A stretch of DNA of 64,000 nt from an uncultured Thermotogae bacterium (GCA_913056255.1 CAJXLN010000006.1:3108-67107), one strand, 5' to 3'. Shown: positions 47,691-58,066, numbered from the stretch's first letter. Notes: a model not told the origin generated them from the letters alone. Numbers and translations are program-made.

Positions 47691-48498
47691 TTTTTTGAGT
47701 TTACCCTTCATGCAGCGTGCCCTTCTCGGGGGTGAGATGGTGGCTGTAGTGGCAGGGATCGTGAGTCCGATACTCTTATTTCGTAAGATGTCTTTTATGA
47801 GTGTTGGAATATCTCACGGCGCTTTTGCAGGAATAGCTTTGGGAATACTCATTGGAATTTCTCCAATGTGGACTGCGATAGCTTTTGCCATGGGACTTGG
47901 ATTGCTTATCGGTTTCGTTAGTAAAACTGGAAAGCTTTCAGAAGATGCCACTATTGGAACTTTTTTTGCCTTTTCTATGGCGCTTGGCATATTTTTAATT
48001 GATATGTCTAAAGGGTATCATCCAGACGTGATGGGATATCTCTTTGGAGATTTACTCGCCATATCATCGAGCGACGTTTATTTTGCCATGATTATCTTGA
48101 TCATCGCTGCTCTTTGGTATCTTTTCAGAGGTCGTGCTGCTATCTATTCAACATTCGACGAAGACTTTTCCAGGATAGTTGGTATCCCCGTTGACATTGA
48201 CTATTACGTTTTTATGGCTGTTGCATCTTTGGTAACAGTTGTAGCCGTGATGTTCGTTGGAGTCATATTGGCGAGTTCCATTATGATAGCTCCAGCTGCC
48301 GCATCTAAGATGATATCCAAACGTTTTTCCAATGTAACTTTACTTTCGATTTCGTTCGGAATGCTGGCCGTTTTTGGCGGCATAGCATTCTCTTTTTACA
48401 CGAATATCCCATCTGGACCTTCCGTGGTGTTTTTTGTGACTGCCATATTCGTGATATCGCTGGGAATAAAATGGTCAAAGAATTTCGTGAAATCTTAG
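47683..48498 (+). CDS. Metal ABC transporter permease (ABC-3 family)
   Basis: 271-aa polytopic protein in substrate-binding/ATPase/permease order. ABC-3-like sequence. Confidence 0.85.
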   Translation: MFDFLSLPFMQRALLGGEMVAVVAGIVSPILLFRKMSFMSVGISHGAFAGIALGILIGISPMWTAIAFAMGLGLLIGFVSKTGKLSEDATIGTFFAFSMALGIFLIDMSKGYHPDVMGYLFGDLLAISSSDVYFAMIILIIAALWYLFRGRAAIYSTFDEDFSRIVGIPVDIDYYVFMAVASLVTVVAVMFVGVILASSIMIAPAAASKMISKRFSNVTLLSISFGMLAVFGGIAFSFYTNIPSGPSVVFFVTAIFVISLGIKWSKNFVKS

Positions 48499-48515
48499 AA
48501 GAGATGTGTCAAAAA

Positions 48516-48524
48516 TGGTATAAT
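48516..48524 (+). promoter_or_regulatory. Extended -10 element upstream of aspS
   Basis: TGgTATAAT lies 43 nt upstream of the aspS GTG start. Confidence 0.35.
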
Positions 48525-48566
48525 TTTCTAAATCCACAAGCAAGATGAAGGGAGATAATATACAAA

Positions 48567-50297
48567 GTGCTGAAGAGGACCCAAAGATTAAACGAAATAG
48601 ATGATTCTCTGATTGGAAAAACGGTGATTATCAACGGTTGGGTTGATCGAATGAGAAATCTGGGGGGAATTGTATTTTTATGGATTCGTGATCGTTACGG
48701 ATTGGTACAGGTGGTTTTCGATCCTCAAAAACCTGTGTACGAATATGTTAAGAATTTGTCGAATGAGTACGTTGTGGCAGTGAAAGGAATTGTAAGGGAA
48801 AGGCCAAAAGAAGCTAAAAATCCAAATCTTGAAAGTGGAAATGTGGAAATTCTTGCAGAAGAATTGGAAATTCTTGCAGAGTCAAAAACTCCACCAATAT
48901 ACACGAATCGTGAAGAAGGAAATGAAGAGGCAAGACTCAAGTACAGGTATTTGGATTTAAGACGTTCAGCTCTTCAACACAATCTCATTTTTCGCCACAG
49001 AGTAGCACACCTTACCAGAGAATACATGAACTCAAAGGATTTTCTAGAAATAGAAACTCCCTATTTGACTAAATCCACTCCCGAAGGAGCTCGTGATTTT
49101 TTGGTACCATCTCGTCTAAAGAAGGGAAGTTTTTATGCGCTTCCTCAATCTCCACAAATTTTCAAACAACTTCTCATGATATCAGGTTTTGATCGTTATT
49201 ATCAAATCGTACGGTGTTTCAGAGATGAGGATTTAAGAGCTGACAGACAACCGGAGTTTACTCAGCTTGATCTCGAAATGTCTTTTGCCGATCAATCCGA
49301 CGTGTTGGAAATCGTGAATGGTCTTGTAAAGAAGTTGTATGAGAAATTCATCGGTATAGACTTGGGAGAAATACCGATTATGAGTTACTCGGAGGCAATG
49401 GAAAAATTCGGGAGCGATAAGCCCGATCTCAGATTTGAGATGGAATTGCAAGATCTGACCAATGAAACATTCGCGCATGAAATGAAGTTTCTCACCCCTT
49501 CCAAGGGGGAAGCATTGAAATCCATAAGAATTCTCAGAAGTGAAACCTTTTCCAGAAAGGTACTTGATTCTTATGCGAATTCCGCAAAGTCTGAAGGACT
49601 TAGATTTGGATGGGTCAAAAATTCAAATGGTGATCTTTCTGGTAGCATCGCAAAAATTTTCAAAAGTGCCGGTGTGAATTTGGATCTCAAAAACGGTGAA
49701 ATGATGATCACGTGTGCGGGAAAACGTTCATCAGTTAATAAATTCCTGGGAAGCGTGAGGCTCGATGCGGCTAAAAGATTGAATCTTGTAGACGAAAGCT
49801 CCGTAAAAGCCTTATGGGTTGTGGATTTCCCGATGTTTGAGTGGAATGAAGAAGAAAAAAGGTACCAGGCTCAACATCATCCTTTCACAATGCCGTATGT
49901 TGAGGATCTCGATAAATATTCATCTGATCCATCAAAAATGCGTGCTCACTCCTACGATCTTGTCATAAATGGATGGGAGATGGGTAGTGGAAGTGTAAGA
50001 ATTCATACAAAGAAACTCCAGGAAAAGATATTTAAACTCATAGGAATTTCTGAAAAAGAAGCGAAAGCACGCTTTGGATTTTTCTTAGAAGCTTTTGAAT
50101 ATGGAGCACCACCTCATGCAGGTTTTGCCATGGGTTTTGACAGACTAATTGCCACCATGCTTGGATTGTCATCGTTGAGGGATGTGATTGCCTTTCCAAA
50201 AACTACAAGTGGAACGGATCTCATGTCCGACACACCTTCTAAGGTTTCTGAAACACAACTCGAAGAGCTTGGAATAAAATCGGAGGTTGATGAATGA
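48567..50297 (+). CDS. aspS: Aspartate--tRNA ligase
   Basis: Class IIb motifs (FRDEDLRADRQPEFTQLD, GGSVRIH-like GSGSVRIH, GFAMGFDRL). Confidence 0.95.
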   Translation: MLKRTQRLNEIDDSLIGKTVIINGWVDRMRNLGGIVFLWIRDRYGLVQVVFDPQKPVYEYVKNLSNEYVVAVKGIVRERPKEAKNPNLESGNVEILAEELEILAESKTPPIYTNREEGNEEARLKYRYLDLRRSALQHNLIFRHRVAHLTREYMNSKDFLEIETPYLTKSTPEGARDFLVPSRLKKGSFYALPQSPQIFKQLLMISGFDRYYQIVRCFRDEDLRADRQPEFTQLDLEMSFADQSDVLEIVNGLVKKLYEKFIGIDLGEIPIMSYSEAMEKFGSDKPDLRFEMELQDLTNETFAHEMKFLTPSKGEALKSIRILRSETFSRKVLDSYANSAKSEGLRFGWVKNSNGDLSGSIAKIFKSAGVNLDLKNGEMMITCAGKRSSVNKFLGSVRLDAAKRLNLVDESSVKALWVVDFPMFEWNEEEKRYQAQHHPFTMPYVEDLDKYSSDPSKMRAHSYDLVINGWEMGSGSVRIHTKKLQEKIFKLIGISEKEAKARFGFFLEAFEYGAPPHAGFAMGFDRLIATMLGLSSLRDVIAFPKTTSGTDLMSDTPSKVSETQLEELGIKSEVDE

Positions 50298-50632
50298 TGC
50301 AAGATTTTTCGTTGGAAATCAAAAAAGTCGATGATCACATCTTTGCCATACTGAAAGGCGAATTAGATGCGTACCATTCCATTGAATTCAAGGAAAAGAT
50401 GATAAAAGCTATCAAAGGTGAAGGGGAAAAAATCCTGTTGGATATGACGGAATTATCTTACATAGACAGTGCAGGTCTTGGTGCACTCGTTTCACTTTTG
50501 AAGCGTTCTTCGGAAAATTCAAAGGAACTGAGGATTTTTGGTTTGAAAGGTAACGTGAAGAAGGTTTTCGAGTTGACGCGACTCAATAAAGTATTCAAGA
50601 TCTTTGACACGATAGAAGAAGCCAAGGCATGA
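50294..50632 (+). CDS. STAS-domain anti-sigma factor antagonist
   Basis: 112-aa ORF with LSYIDSAGLGALVSL (phosphorylatable Ser context) and a C-terminal VFKIFDT. Confidence 0.8.
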   Translation: MMQDFSLEIKKVDDHIFAILKGELDAYHSIEFKEKMIKAIKGEGEKILLDMTELSYIDSAGLGALVSLLKRSSENSKELRIFGLKGNVKKVFELTRLNKVFKIFDTIEEAKA

Positions 50633-51288
50633 TATATGTTACCATAGATGGGCCGGCAGGTTCCGGGAAATCCTCTGTTTCTCAGAATCTGGCGAAAAAA
50701 TTAGGTTTCGAACATTTAGACACTGGAGCCCTTTACAGAGCTGCCGCATTTCTCTGGATACATTCGAAAAAGGATTTGAAATCCGAGGAATTTTTGAAAA
50801 TGATGGATAACACGAGCTTTAATCTTACCAACAACTCTGCCTTGTTTGTAAATGGGAAACGTCTTGGAAATGAAATAAGAACTCCAGAAGTTGGGAAAGT
50901 AGTTTCTAAGCTGGCAGAAGTTCCGCAAATTCGTGAGATTATAACAAAAAAAACACGAGAGATTGCAGATAATAAGCGAATTGTCGTTGAAGGAAGGGAT
51001 ATAGGAACAGTTGTGCTTCCCAATGCGTGTGTGAAGATCTTTCTCACAGCATCTGTTAATGAAAGAGCCTGTCGGAGGTACGAAGATTACAAGTCAAGGG
51101 GCGTTGATATACAATTTGAAGAAGTTGTCAAAGAGATAAAATTCAGAGATGAGATGGATTCCACTCGGAAAGTTGCACCACTGAAGCCTGCAAAAAATGC
51201 TATTATATTCAGTACCGACGGTCTTACACTTGAGCAAGTTGTGAGTGAATTGTACGATTTGATCGTGGAGAAAGTAAAGAAATGTTGA
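50629..51288 (+). CDS. cmk: Cytidylate kinase
   Basis: P-loop IDGPAGSGKSS, DTGALYR, and GRDIGTVV. Confidence 0.9.
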   Translation: MIYVTIDGPAGSGKSSVSQNLAKKLGFEHLDTGALYRAAAFLWIHSKKDLKSEEFLKMMDNTSFNLTNNSALFVNGKRLGNEIRTPEVGKVVSKLAEVPQIREIITKKTREIADNKRIVVEGRDIGTVVLPNACVKIFLTASVNERACRRYEDYKSRGVDIQFEEVVKEIKFRDEMDSTRKVAPLKPAKNAIIFSTDGLTLEQVVSELYDLIVEKVKKC

Positions 51289-52133
51289 GAATAGAAATCG
51301 CGAAAGATATTGGTTTCTGTTTTGGCGTGAAGCGCGCGGTAGATATTGTGGAAGAGTTACTTTCAAATGGTGAGGACCTTTACATAACTGGCGATCTGAT
51401 CCATAACGAAGATGAAATGCTGCGTCTAAAATCCATGGGATTGAAAACTCTTGATGTGGCAAATGAGTGGCCAGACATTTCTAAATCAACAGTCGTGATA
51501 AGAGCTCATGGCGTGCCTCTGGGAATTTTAAAAGAGTTGCAGAAGCGTGCTAAAAGAGTTGTAAACGCGACTTGTACAGTCGTTAGCGCTGTGGGAGAAT
51601 TGATAAAACAGGAAAAGAATGCAGGATTCGAAATTTTTCTTTATGGGCGTGAAAGGCATGCCGAGGTGGAATATCTTAAAAGTGTTGTGGGAGATTTGAA
51701 AGTTATAAATCAAGAGCATCCAGAATTTCACTTCTCATCAAATAAAATCGCTCTGTTTTCTCAGACAACCATGGGTATCGACGGATTTAAAGAAATCTCA
51801 AAGAAATTTTTGGACGATGAAAAGCTCTTTTCTTCCTTTCACATTCACAATACCATTTGTGCGGTCACTTTGGAAAGAGAAAGGGAGGTGAAAAAGTTAG
51901 CGAGGAGCAACGATCTTTGTTTAATTGTGGGAGGAAAGAAAAGTTCGAATACTAAAAAACTGTACGAGATCGCGAAGAGTTTGAATACGAATACTCACAT
52001 GATATTAAACGTGTCCGAAATTGACGAAAACTGGTTTGATTCAATCAAAAGTGTGGGAATCTGCAGTGGAACCTCAACCCCAACGAGAGTGATTGATGAG
52101 ATCGTCAAAAGGTTGAGAAAATTCAAAAACTGA
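51282..52133 (+). CDS. ispH: 4-hydroxy-3-methylbut-2-enyl diphosphate reductase
   Basis: GFCFGVKRAV, NATCTVV, and CAVTLERE with SSNTKKL motifs, including the three cluster cysteines. Confidence 0.9.
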   Translation: MLRIEIAKDIGFCFGVKRAVDIVEELLSNGEDLYITGDLIHNEDEMLRLKSMGLKTLDVANEWPDISKSTVVIRAHGVPLGILKELQKRAKRVVNATCTVVSAVGELIKQEKNAGFEIFLYGRERHAEVEYLKSVVGDLKVINQEHPEFHFSSNKIALFSQTTMGIDGFKEISKKFLDDEKLFSSFHIHNTICAVTLEREREVKKLARSNDLCLIVGGKKSSNTKKLYEIAKSLNTNTHMILNVSEIDENWFDSIKSVGICSGTSTPTRVIDEIVKRLRKFKN

Positions 52134-52168
52134 AGGAGGTGTACCCACTTTAAGAGAGTGGGGAAAAC

Positions 52169-53869
52169 ATGGAAAATATGGAAAACAACGAAAACATGAA
52201 AATGGAACCTAGTGAGGAATTCGAAAAGTACATGCAAGACAACGATAACCTGGGAATTCCTCAACCGGGAGAAGTCCGAAAATGTACGGTTATTCAAGTT
52301 GGCCCTGAGCATATGATCGTTGATGTTTCTGCTAAAACGGAAGGAATGATAAATGTAAGAGATCTTGTGAGAGATCCGAAAGATTACAAGCCCGGAGATG
52401 TCATAGAGGCAGTTGTGACAAGTTACAGAGCGGATGATGAAAGTAAACTGTATCTTTCCGAGAGAAAATACGTGATACGCAAGCTTCTTAACGAACTAAA
52501 GAAAGATGGCGTGGGTAAGATTGTAAAAGGACACATCGTTAGAAAAGTTCGAGGCGGATACAACGTCGAAATTGGAGGCGCACTTTCCGCATTTCTGCCA
52601 GGATCTCAATCTTCATCACTGAATTCAGTTGATCCTTCAAAACTGGTCGAGAAAGAGTACGAATTTGAAGTGATGACATTTGAACAACGTAGAAAAGGTA
52701 AAAGTTACAACATAGTAGTTTCAAGGGATTCTGTGATCAACAGAAAACGTGCTGAATTTTTAAAGGATATTCAAAAAGGTCAGAAGATCAAAGGTAAAGT
52801 TGATGAAATCACGGATTTTGGTGTTTTTGTTGATGTTGGAGCCATGACTGCTCTTCTTCCAAGATCTGAGATAACATGGGATAAGAGCGTTAACGTTAAA
52901 GAGAAATTCCATATAGGTGATGAAATTGAAGCAATTGTGATCTCTAAGGAACCAGAAAAAGGAAAAATGTCTCTCAGCACGAAGCAGCTTACACCGGACC
53001 CATGGGAAAACATTGAGAGCAAGTACCCGATTGGAACTGTAACCGATGCGACAGTGACAGGTATTGTACCATTTGGATTATTCGTTAAAATCGAAGAAGG
53101 TGTAAAAGGTCTCGTTCACGCTTCCGAGATATTCTACGGTAACTATCGTAGAAATCTCAAGGACTACTTCGAAGAAGGACAAAAAGTGAAGGTCGAAGTC
53201 ATAGAACTCGATATTCCCAAACGCAGAATCTCTTTCAGTATAAAGAAAGTTGTCGGAGATCCATGGGAAGGAGTGGAAGAACGCCACCACATTGGTGACA
53301 CTTTGGAAGCAAAAGTCGCAAAACTCCTGGACAATGGTGCTATTCTTGAAATCGAAGATGGTGTCTCAGGTTTTGCGCATATTTCAGAGCTTTCCTGGAA
53401 TTTCGTTAAAAAGCCATCCGATCTTCTCAAGAAAGGGCAAACGGTAAAGGCAAAAATACTTGAAATCGATCCTGAGTCCAGAAGAATGAGGCTTAGCGTG
53501 AAACGCACAACTGATGATCCATGGAAGAAGTTAGCAAAGGAAGTTAAGCCTGGAACTCCGGTGGATTGTGAAATAATTAGTGTGAAGCATTCTGGGGCCA
53601 TTGTTAAAGTTTTGAATTACGACGTTGAAGGCTTTTTGCCCAAATCACACTTTTCTGGGGATATAGAAGAGGGAAAGACCGTCAAGGCTTTCGTGCATAA
53701 AGTATCGTACAATCCCAAATTGGATGAAAGAGATATGGTCATAACTTTGAAGGACAACTTCAGGCCTGAAAAAGAATCAAAGAAAAAAGAAGAGTCTTTT
53801 TTCAATTCCGCTCCAATGACCACCACCATAGGAGATATGGTGCATCAGAAAAGTGAAGAGCAGAAGTAA
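52169..53869 (+). CDS. rpsA: 30S ribosomal protein S1
   Basis: Multiple S1 OB-fold repeats (G..V.G.V....FG.FV pattern repeated). Follows cmk and ispH. Confidence 0.9.
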   Translation: MENMENNENMKMEPSEEFEKYMQDNDNLGIPQPGEVRKCTVIQVGPEHMIVDVSAKTEGMINVRDLVRDPKDYKPGDVIEAVVTSYRADDESKLYLSERKYVIRKLLNELKKDGVGKIVKGHIVRKVRGGYNVEIGGALSAFLPGSQSSSLNSVDPSKLVEKEYEFEVMTFEQRRKGKSYNIVVSRDSVINRKRAEFLKDIQKGQKIKGKVDEITDFGVFVDVGAMTALLPRSEITWDKSVNVKEKFHIGDEIEAIVISKEPEKGKMSLSTKQLTPDPWENIESKYPIGTVTDATVTGIVPFGLFVKIEEGVKGLVHASEIFYGNYRRNLKDYFEEGQKVKVEVIELDIPKRRISFSIKKVVGDPWEGVEERHHIGDTLEAKVAKLLDNGAILEIEDGVSGFAHISELSWNFVKKPSDLLKKGQTVKAKILEIDPESRRMRLSVKRTTDDPWKKLAKEVKPGTPVDCEIISVKHSGAIVKVLNYDVEGFLPKSHFSGDIEEGKTVKAFVHKVSYNPKLDERDMVITLKDNFRPEKESKKKEESFFNSAPMTTTIGDMVHQKSEEQK

Positions 53870-55166
53870 TCTGCCGGTTGTGGTTTTTGCCGGTCGAAAA
53901 AATGTTGGAAAATCCAGTATTTTCAACAGACTTGTGGGTTACAGAAGATCTCTGGTAGCCGATTACGAAGGTTTGACCAGAGATCCTGTGATCTTTGATA
54001 CGAAATTGGAAGACAAATTCGTAAGGTTGGTAGACCTGCCAGGATATTTCGTGAAACCAAAAGATCGAATAGAGATTGAAATAATGCGCTCTTTCAAAGA
54101 CTGGCTAGGTAAGGCAACACTTGTTGTATTAGTGGTAGATGGCAGATCTGAGATAACCAAAGAGGACCTGGAAATTGCCGATGTCATCAGAAAATCGGGA
54201 AAACCTTATCTCTTTGTGGTAAACAAAACAGAGCACAAGCCCGCCTACGTTGCCCATATGTCGGATGTATATTCGCTTTCAATGGGTGAGCCTATTCTTG
54301 TGGCTGCCGAACATAACATGGGATTTGATTCACTTGTCGATAGAATTGTTGAGAGATTGCCTGAAACTTCTGATGAAATCGAAATTCCAGTGGCACGAGT
54401 TGCGATCGTAGGAAAGCAAAATGTTGGAAAATCATCGTTGCTAAACGCCATTCTTGGAGAAAATCTGTCGTTTGTAACTAACATAGCTGGAACTACGCGT
54501 GACACGATAGATGCAACTTTAAGGCATAGTGGTGTTGAAATCGTTTTCATGGACACAGCTGGATTGAGAAAACTCAGCAAAGTTAAAAAAGGAACCGTTG
54601 AATCATTCAGTGGGGCGCGAACGATACGTGCTATTCGCAATTCAGATGTCTGCGTGCTTGTTGTAGATTCGTTTAGAGGGGTTACGTCTCAGGATCAAAA
54701 AATAGCTTCAATGATAAAAGATAATTCAAAAACAGCTGTGATCGCAATGAATAAATGGGACATTAGAATGTCAAACATTGAAGAGCAAGTGGCAAGAGAG
54801 TTATTTTTTATAAATTATGGGCCAAGAGTCGCTCTATCAGCTAAGAATTCGTGGAACATAGAAATGCTTTTAGATGAGATCGTGAAATCGTATAACTCTT
54901 ACACGATGAAGATACAAACTTCAAAGGTGACAAAGGTTGCAATGGAATTTTCTTACGGTAGGGTCATGCCGTCAAAGAGAGGGAGTAGATTGAAGATTTA
55001 TTACGCCACTCAAGTTTCCACTGCTCCTCCTGTTTTTGCTGTGTTTGTCAATTTCCCGGAACTTTTTGGCGACTCCATGAAAAGGGCGTTAACCTCTCTT
55101 ATGAGAAGAAAAATACCAGAGCTTGATTTGTCACCAATACAAATCGTAGTGAAGGCAAGAAGATAA
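53853..55166 (+). CDS. der: Ribosome biogenesis GTPase Der (EngA)
   Basis: Two tandem GTPase domains (GRKNVGKSS and GKQNVGKSS; DLPG and DTAG; NKTE and NKWD) plus a KH-like C-terminus. GTG start. Confidence 0.9.
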   Translation: MKSRSNLPVVVFAGRKNVGKSSIFNRLVGYRRSLVADYEGLTRDPVIFDTKLEDKFVRLVDLPGYFVKPKDRIEIEIMRSFKDWLGKATLVVLVVDGRSEITKEDLEIADVIRKSGKPYLFVVNKTEHKPAYVAHMSDVYSLSMGEPILVAAEHNMGFDSLVDRIVERLPETSDEIEIPVARVAIVGKQNVGKSSLLNAILGENLSFVTNIAGTTRDTIDATLRHSGVEIVFMDTAGLRKLSKVKKGTVESFSGARTIRAIRNSDVCVLVVDSFRGVTSQDQKIASMIKDNSKTAVIAMNKWDIRMSNIEEQVARELFFINYGPRVALSAKNSWNIEMLLDEIVKSYNSYTMKIQTSKVTKVAMEFSYGRVMPSKRGSRLKIYYATQVSTAPPVFAVFVNFPELFGDSMKRALTSLMRRKIPELDLSPIQIVVKARR

Positions 55167-55169
55167 AAT

Positions 55170-55790
55170 ATGTTTTTAGGCTTGATAATGGTAATTTTGG
55201 GATACTTTGTGGGAAGTATACCCTTCAGTTACATATTTCCAGCATTGAAGGGTGTGGATGTTCGCAAAATTGGAAGTGGCAATGTGGGAGGCACTAACGC
55301 CATACGTGCATCTGGATCGGCAATAGGAGTGCTTTCCATGCTTGCAGATATTTTAAAAGTCTTTCTGATCGTTGTCGTAGCGCGCATCATGGGATTAGAT
55401 AATTTTTGGGTGTATTTCACTGGAATTTCAGCAGTAATTGGTCATGATTATCCGATTTATCTTAAATTCGTTGGTGGTAAAGGGGTAGCCAGTACGCTCG
55501 GATTTGTATTCGCCGTTGCTCCCCTGATGGGAGTGTTCTTTGTAGGAATATGGCTTCTGATAATATTTGTCACCAAATATGCGTCCCTCGCATCTATGTT
55601 AAGTTTTATGATTTTAATCTTGACAGCTGTTATTATAAAATGGTGGGATTTCTTGTTTATTATAGCGCTTTTAACTCTTCTTGTTGTTTACAGACATCTC
55701 CCAAATATTCGGAGGTTACTGTCCAAAAGCGAGCATAAAATGGACCTTGTAAAAGCGTTGAAAGGGCTCTTTGGTGGTGATGTAAAGTGA
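55170..55790 (+). CDS. plsY: Glycerol-3-phosphate acyltransferase PlsY
   Basis: GSGNVGGTNAIR and GGKGVAS motifs in a polytopic protein. Confidence 0.9.
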   Translation: MFLGLIMVILGYFVGSIPFSYIFPALKGVDVRKIGSGNVGGTNAIRASGSAIGVLSMLADILKVFLIVVVARIMGLDNFWVYFTGISAVIGHDYPIYLKFVGGKGVASTLGFVFAVAPLMGVFFVGIWLLIIFVTKYASLASMLSFMILILTAVIIKWWDFLFIIALLTLLVVYRHLPNIRRLLSKSEHKMDLVKALKGLFGGDVK

Positions 55791-57427
55791 AAAAAATGCT
55801 CCTTGTTTTGTGTGTTTTTACAATGTTGACGTCATTTGTGTTTGCAAACTACATGAATTCCTTTTCAGCGGCTGTGGAAGCGTGGAATCAAGGCAAGATC
55901 TCCCAAGCTTTATCTTTGATGAATCTTTCTCTTTCTTCAACATTTAACACTTTATATGCCCCAGATTTGTGGTATTTTAAGGCAAGATTGGATCTGATGT
56001 CTGGCAAAATAAACGATGCACGACAAGCACTCGATACAGTTGGAACGGTTTTTAAATCCAGACCGGTTTCCAACCTTTTGAAAAATCTCACGGACGCTTC
56101 TATCACTTCATTTTCACCAGTTGTTGATATAAAATACGTTGATTCGATCATGGGATTTCATGATGGAGAAGTTTTTTACAGTCCTATCTCAGTGGCAATA
56201 AGACGTAACAGCTACTATGTGCTTGATACTGCAAACAGATTCGTTGAAGAGTTCGGTTCCATTCAGCAACGATACGAACTGAATGTGAATTCTACACCAA
56301 CAGCCATGATTTACTCAAATGCTATGGATTCTTTTTTCGTTTCTTTTGAAAATGGGGATGTGTACAAGTACACGCCCAATTTTTCCACAAAAAAGAAATT
56401 CGTATCGAAATTATCCCATCCAGTTGTTTTTTGTACTGACAATGCCGGAAGGGTTTACGTCGGAGAGTATGGAGAAGATGCTGTGAGCATCTTTGAATAC
56501 AATGGCGTTTTGAAGAAGAAGATCCATTTTTTTGATAAAAAAGTTCATATCTTCAGTTATGGACGAGTGTTTGGTAGCACCTTTTACATTATGGATCTTA
56601 CCGATAAAGAGGTAAGGAAGTTTGACATAATAAGTGGGAAAGAACTTTCCAATGTTCCCTTTCCAAAAGATGTTATTCCTTTCACATTTGAAGTTATATA
56701 TGGAAACGTTTTTTTCATTAGCTCAAAAAGTGCTGTTATTGGTGGAATATCTTTCAACTTGTACCGATCAAGTTCCGTTTTTTCTTCTACACTGGACGGT
56801 GAATTATTGGCCACGACCGATGTTGCAGCAAACAAAGTGAACATCTACAAAATTTCGATGGAAAAATCCGTGTCATTTCCAATAATAAATGGCCTGTCTT
56901 TAAAAGACGAAAGAATTCACGTGAGATTCAGGATTGTAGATCCAACGGATAGTCCTATTGAAAAACCAACTAATTTGGTGGTGAAAGATGATGGATTTCA
57001 AGCACCAGCTGATATTTCTTATGTTTCGCAAAAGGCGTTGATTTACGAATTTCCAAATCTCGATGAGATCTTAAAGATGAATCATGTGAAATCAAATGTT
57101 GTCATAAGTCGGGTTTCTTCTTTCAACGGAAAAGTAAAGAGTTACTTTGCACCGATTTTGTTGAACAACGTTGTACTGTACCTTGTACGTGATAAGGATC
57201 CAACGGAACTTGTAAAATTACTGGTTCATCTTACAAAGGGAGCCTTTATTTCCGATTCGGAAGTTAAGTACGTAGAAAATTTTTTGAAATACAGGCGTTT
57301 CGTGGAATTTGTAGCTTCTTATCCAGTTAACTTGCCAATAGGCATTGATGATGTAAGCGTATCATGCGAATCAATTTCAAATCTGATCGACACGGTTTAC
57401 TATACAAAGCAAAATATCCTGAAATGA
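55787..57427 (+). CDS. Secreted hypothetical protein (TPR-like N-terminus, beta-propeller/NHL-like middle)
   Basis: Signal peptide MKKMLLVLCVFTMLTSFVFA, then repeated beta-strand units (for example VFCTDNAGRVYVGEYGEDAVSIFEYNG). Confidence 0.4.
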   Translation: MKKMLLVLCVFTMLTSFVFANYMNSFSAAVEAWNQGKISQALSLMNLSLSSTFNTLYAPDLWYFKARLDLMSGKINDARQALDTVGTVFKSRPVSNLLKNLTDASITSFSPVVDIKYVDSIMGFHDGEVFYSPISVAIRRNSYYVLDTANRFVEEFGSIQQRYELNVNSTPTAMIYSNAMDSFFVSFENGDVYKYTPNFSTKKKFVSKLSHPVVFCTDNAGRVYVGEYGEDAVSIFEYNGVLKKKIHFFDKKVHIFSYGRVFGSTFYIMDLTDKEVRKFDIISGKELSNVPFPKDVIPFTFEVIYGNVFFISSKSAVIGGISFNLYRSSSVFSSTLDGELLATTDVAANKVNIYKISMEKSVSFPIINGLSLKDERIHVRFRIVDPTDSPIEKPTNLVVKDDGFQAPADISYVSQKALIYEFPNLDEILKMNHVKSNVVISRVSSFNGKVKSYFAPILLNNVVLYLVRDKDPTELVKLLVHLTKGAFISDSEVKYVENFLKYRRFVEFVASYPVNLPIGIDDVSVSCESISNLIDTVYYTKQNILK

Positions 57428-57439
57428 CGGAATACGAAA

Positions 57440-58066
57440 ATGCTTCACCTTAAGTTCAAGTTCAGGACGAAATCCACTTTGGAACTCGTGAAACTTTCGC
57501 AAGAGGGCATAAGAGAATCCGTAGACTTTGTGGTAGAACGCTATTATCCAATGGTTTTGAAGATATCCAGCAAGTATTACAGCGTGTGGGGAGAGCGAGA
57601 AGACTTAATTCAAAACGGTTTGGTTGGTATTTTAAAAGCCATTTACTACTACAAAGAAGGCAAAAGTTCCTTTACGAGCTTTGTGTGGAAATCCATAGAT
57701 TCAGAAATAAAATCTTTTTTGACGTATCTGAACAGAAGAAAAAACAAAATGCTCACGGATTCCATCAAAGTGGATTTGTTGAATGACGAAAGCAGTGAAG
57801 ATAAGACTCCAGATGTTGGCTATGAGCCAAACATGTTGGATGAATACATATTTGAAGAATTCATGAAAGAGTGCAGAAATATACTGACTGATGAAGAGAT
57901 GAAAATCTTCGAGATGCACATCCAGCATGTGCCCTACAAGGAAATATCGAGATGTATAGGAAAAAACAGTAAATACGTTGATAATTCCTTACAGAGGATA
58001 AAGAAAAAGCTCAAAGCGACTGTGGATATATACAAGAAGATCAGAATGTATATCTCCGTTGTCTAA
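57440..58066 (+). CDS. Sigma-70 family RNA polymerase sigma factor, SigH-like
   Basis: Region 2 REDLIQNGLVGILKAIYYY and region 4 YKEISRCIGKNSKYVDNSLQRIKKKL. The overall pattern resembles Firmicute SigH. Confidence 0.75.
   Translation: MLHLKFKFRTKSTLELVKLSQEGIRESVDFVVERYYPMVLKISSKYYSVWGEREDLIQNGLVGILKAIYYYKEGKSSFTSFVWKSIDSEIKSFLTYLNRRKNKMLTDSIKVDLLNDESSEDKTPDVGYEPNMLDEYIFEEFMKECRNILTDEEMKIFEMHIQHVPYKEISRCIGKNSKYVDNSLQRIKKKLKATVDIYKKIRMYISVV

Noticed and set aside
48499-48566. T-box or other leader upstream of aspS
   Set aside because: The intergenic region is only 68 nt, far too short for a T-box riboswitch. Only an extended -10 element is seen.
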